From Phoronis australis (lineage: Eukaryota; Animalia; Phoronida): DNA of 64,000 nucleotides. The position numbers and the translations under genes were made by a program. Location of the stretch: assembly GCA_002633005.1 (NCBI GenBank), contig NMRA01000184.1, forward strand, positions 127,255-191,254. Reading direction: 5' to 3'. Each line of letters starts with the position of its first letter. Position 1 is the stretch's first letter. Positions 60,528 to 64,000 of the stretch are shown one piece after another. The notes under the pieces are model-generated. The model was given only the letters and a program-made list of their open reading frames with translations. It had not been told where the DNA came from and did not search any database.

Positions 60528-62089
60528 CTAGTATTTGCAGTTCATCTGTACATCATATCAGGATGTCTTCCATCAAGAATAAAAAGTATTTTTCGTCTAT
60601 TGAAGCAGTAACTTCCATTTTTGATAACAAGTGTTTTAATGTAACGCTCAAGATTAAAGTTTGAATTGACATCCTTTGATGTAGATTTAATAAACCGTAA
60701 GGCCAATATTGTAACACCAAACTAACAGACCTGAAGTTCCCATTATCTTCTTGGATACACTCTGCCTAGATCATGTTATGGTGATTAGAATAATGATTGA
60801 TGCTAGATAGCCTCTTAGAATCTCTTATTACCTCATTATGGTCAGTCCTGTAGTAGGATGGTCATGTTATTGTCCAGCTGAGCCACACTGGTCAATACTT
60901 GACAGTTGATGATGCGTATCTCCTCATACCTTTGATGAAGTGAAACTTGGATATGTGAATTAAGTTGTTTATTAAAGAATAGTGAAGGAAATGCTTGTAC
61001 AGTTAGTAAACTTGAAAACATGACTTTTGATTAGTTTTGAGTTGTCAGGTGCATTCCGCTTGCTGCTTAAGTGCAGGTTGAAATCAATCACTCTGTTGAC
61101 TAATTGGACTGAAATTTGTTTTGCTATGATAGCACCATTTTCAGCATTCAGTTCGAATTTAGTGAATCCCTTTGTATGAATGAAAGCAGTCAACTTTCAG
61201 AAGTGCTGACCTACTCTATAATTTTTAAGCATTTTTTACTTGCCAAAGGCCTTCATGGCAGCAGATATAAATTCCTTTCATGATAAGAAAATTTTTAAAA
61301 CCTATTTATGAGGAATAAGCTGGCCAAGTTTTTATTTTTCTGATAGCTTAACACGAATGCTGTTGCATATCACATTCCTTGTCATTGCTTTTAAACTCCA
61401 ATAGATGGCAGTATGCTACTGGCTGATTAGGTTTTGTTGTTTTTCTTTGCAGATTTGATGAAGTCACTCAGAGAATTTGTAATTGACTTCACTGCCAGTC
61501 TCACCTGTGCAGAAAATTGATTTTAGGTGCCCATGTTTTCTGTTCTTCATAATACAGTCTCCTTGTTATCTTGTAAAAGACATGGACTTTTTAATTTATG
61601 CTGATACTGTTTTTAACTGACATGCAGTTAGTTGAAGTGATTGCCATCACCTTTCACTCAGACATTGATGTGTTGCGAAATTGGTAATTATTTTGTACAA
61701 AAGAATCCACAAGCTCCAAATGTGCCAGATCAAATAGTAACATAAATTTCATTTTTGCAAAAAAATAGGTTAGGTGAAATGGTGATGAAAAATTCCACAG
61801 TAGTGCCATTCTTTACTGATGATAGTGAAGGTATTTTTGGTAAAAAATCAGAAGCCCTAGCTTCAGCTCTTGATGTTTTTGCAAATAACCCGGCCCCTTA
61901 ACCCATGCTTTTGGTAGAGGCCAGCAAGCATCAACTACTGTGCGACTTGTATTTGGTGCATTGTGGTGAAAACTCGTCACTTTAGGACACAATATGTGTG
62001 AGAAATAAAATTTAATTTTTTCATTCTTTCAAAAAACATAAATAGCATCGAATTAATTCTATATCACTTTGAAAGATCTATACTATACA

Positions 62090-62250
62090 CGCCATTTTAA
62101 AAGTGAGCCTCTTTTTAGGTTTTAAAAACAATACATTCTGTGCTTAAACACAGTGCAAAGTGTGATTTTTTTTTGGCGTGCCTTGTTATATTTATGTCTC
62201 TAATGCATTATTTTTTTAAACCTAAAAAGAGGCTCACTATAAAAAGGGCG
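62090..62250. repeat. Short inverted repeat (about 47-bp arms), probable MITE
   Basis: AGTGAGCCTCTTTTTAGGTTT..AAAA.AATACATT mirrored by AATGCATTATTTTTTTAAACCTAAAAAGAGGCTCACT. Confidence 0.8.
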
Positions 62251-64000
62251 GCTTCCTGAATAAGGTCTGTACTACAGCTACCGTCAGACAATGATTCTGA
62301 GAATTAGTGGGCATCCATAGCACTATTAGAAGCCTTGTTTGAAAAAGAAAAAAGACCAATTTGGCAATTATTTTGGTCTGAAATTGGTGAGATTTTATCC
62401 TAAATGGTATAGCCTAGGCTCAACTGGGATAAACCACAAGTATGCCCTCCAGGCTAGAGCATTCATTTATTGCCCAGTTGGTGGTTTGTATCTCTGCTAT
62501 GTCCTACTATGTGTTGTCACAACCTCAAGTAACCAAGTGTAACTAACCATTGGTCACTTGGCCTGTTCACCAGATGTTGTCCATCTGAAAGCATTGTGTA
62601 ACCTCTGACCTATTGCACAAGCTTTGCCTGTCATGTTGTAATACAGAGTAAATCTGGACATGTACAATGTCAATTTGTGTCATCAGAGGTGACATGCTTC
62701 ATTCAAGACCTGCACTGGTGCAACACAAATAGTTGACTATGTCAGCAGCTGCCCTCAGTCCGCTGTGCTGACTTAGCAGGAGATTTCAGTGTAGTTCATA
62801 AATGGATCAAGTTTTGAGTTTAATATTTGTTCAAGTTGTGAATATTCATTTGAAAATGAGTATTTTTTTCAGAAAACAATATGGCTGATATAGCAGCAAT
62901 TTGTTTAGTTTAGGATGCAAAGATTTGATATTTTTGACCATTGCAAGTGATGTGGGAAAGGAAGAAAAACTTCAGATTATTTTAGTTTACCATGGTAAAT
63001 AATTGCTATGTGACAATAATATTGAATTGTTTTTAGGGTTATTCATTTCTGACGGATCATAGCTTGGTTCATTGACTGCGCTCAGTAGTTCAACAAATGG
63101 AAATTTTTTAATCTAACTTTTGTCAGCGATTTCTATTTCCTTCACCATGTTTGTCACAAGTCATGAAGAATGAGGGATAAAATCTTTCTCCCCAATTGCC
63201 ACTAATCACTAATATGACTGCTTGGAAACACTTTTTGCACAACTTGGACTAAACAGAAGACTAGAAAAAGATGACATATTGTTTCTATTAAAAACCATCA
63301 GGATTGAAATAACAGCCTTTTACCATTATTTTAATACAAAATTTGTTTTCTTTGAATGTACAGAATTGCAATTTCTTTATTACAAATGCTTTGAAATTTG
63401 AGTGCTAAATTGCCATGGCGATAAATTGGTCAAAAGAACATTAGGAGACAACCATCAACATCATGTTAGATTTAAGAAAATAATCAGGTTGATGAAAACT
63501 GACAAGTTAGTGGTAAGCTCCTCCTCAAAAGTGGCAGTAAATGGATTGAAGTGAAATATTGACTGATCATTTGTATACAGTACTAGCCAAAAGTACTACA
63601 AAGTGAGCGGAATTCCCTCACGATCATGATGGTTGTGTTGAAGCCGAATTCATCTTCAGAATCGTCTTACTTCATGACCAAACCTGTTCGTTTTGCTGTT
63701 GACATAGTAAACCCTCATGATACGGGGCAAAATGATGTTTATTATTACTTTCTTTTTTCACTGTGTAGTGCACTCTGGTAAAAATCATTTTTAGTCTTTT
63801 ACACTGATCTGCAATGCCAATATTTGTTAACCCAATCAATAAGGTTTTTATTGAAATATTGTTTTTGCCTGCCGTACCCATGTCATTATGGGATTATGTA
63901 TTCGGGCAAATTTATCATCTGCTTGTATTTTGTAAATAGGTATTAGCATTGCACCTGTAAAAATACCGAGAACTATCAAGCGCATAAAATATTCTTAATT

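Noticed and set aside
61453-61530. Strong acceptor TTTTCTTTGCAG as a possible EVA1 exon 3
   Set aside because: The required phase-0 frame stops immediately (ATT TGA) and no frame gives the expected lectin C-terminal DPC/KYL motif.

Overview
AT-rich, intron-rich animal genomic DNA; the repeat style and gene structure suggest a marine invertebrate deuterostome, but the taxon cannot be fixed from sequence alone. The window holds a complete 8-coding-exon STK40 (Tribbles-related pseudokinase) gene on + (3635-13225, 438 aa after manual splicing). It also holds the first two coding exons of an EVA-1/EVA1C-like SUEL-lectin receptor on + (signal-peptide exon 23532-23625, a 28.2-kb intron, lectin exon 51819-52030), and a possible first exon of a divergent minus-strand gene at the left edge. 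The rest is non-coding and dense in non-autonomous DNA transposons: Kolobok-like (TTAA TSD), PIF/Harbinger-like (3-bp TSD) and hAT-like (5- and 8-bp TSD), often nested. Two single-N gaps are flanked by near-identical duplicates that look like assembly/haplotype artefacts. Most notable: (i) a six-fold tandem amplification of the STK40 exon-7 3' end plus its splice donor, where any downstream donor would truncate the COP1-binding tail; (ii) STK40-EVA1 tandem linkage mirroring human STK40-EVA1B; (iii) a Kolobok derivative with a decayed KolX/P2X7-ballast-like first exon. Almost all ORFs in the supplied track are spurious, and no novel multi-gene system is supported.
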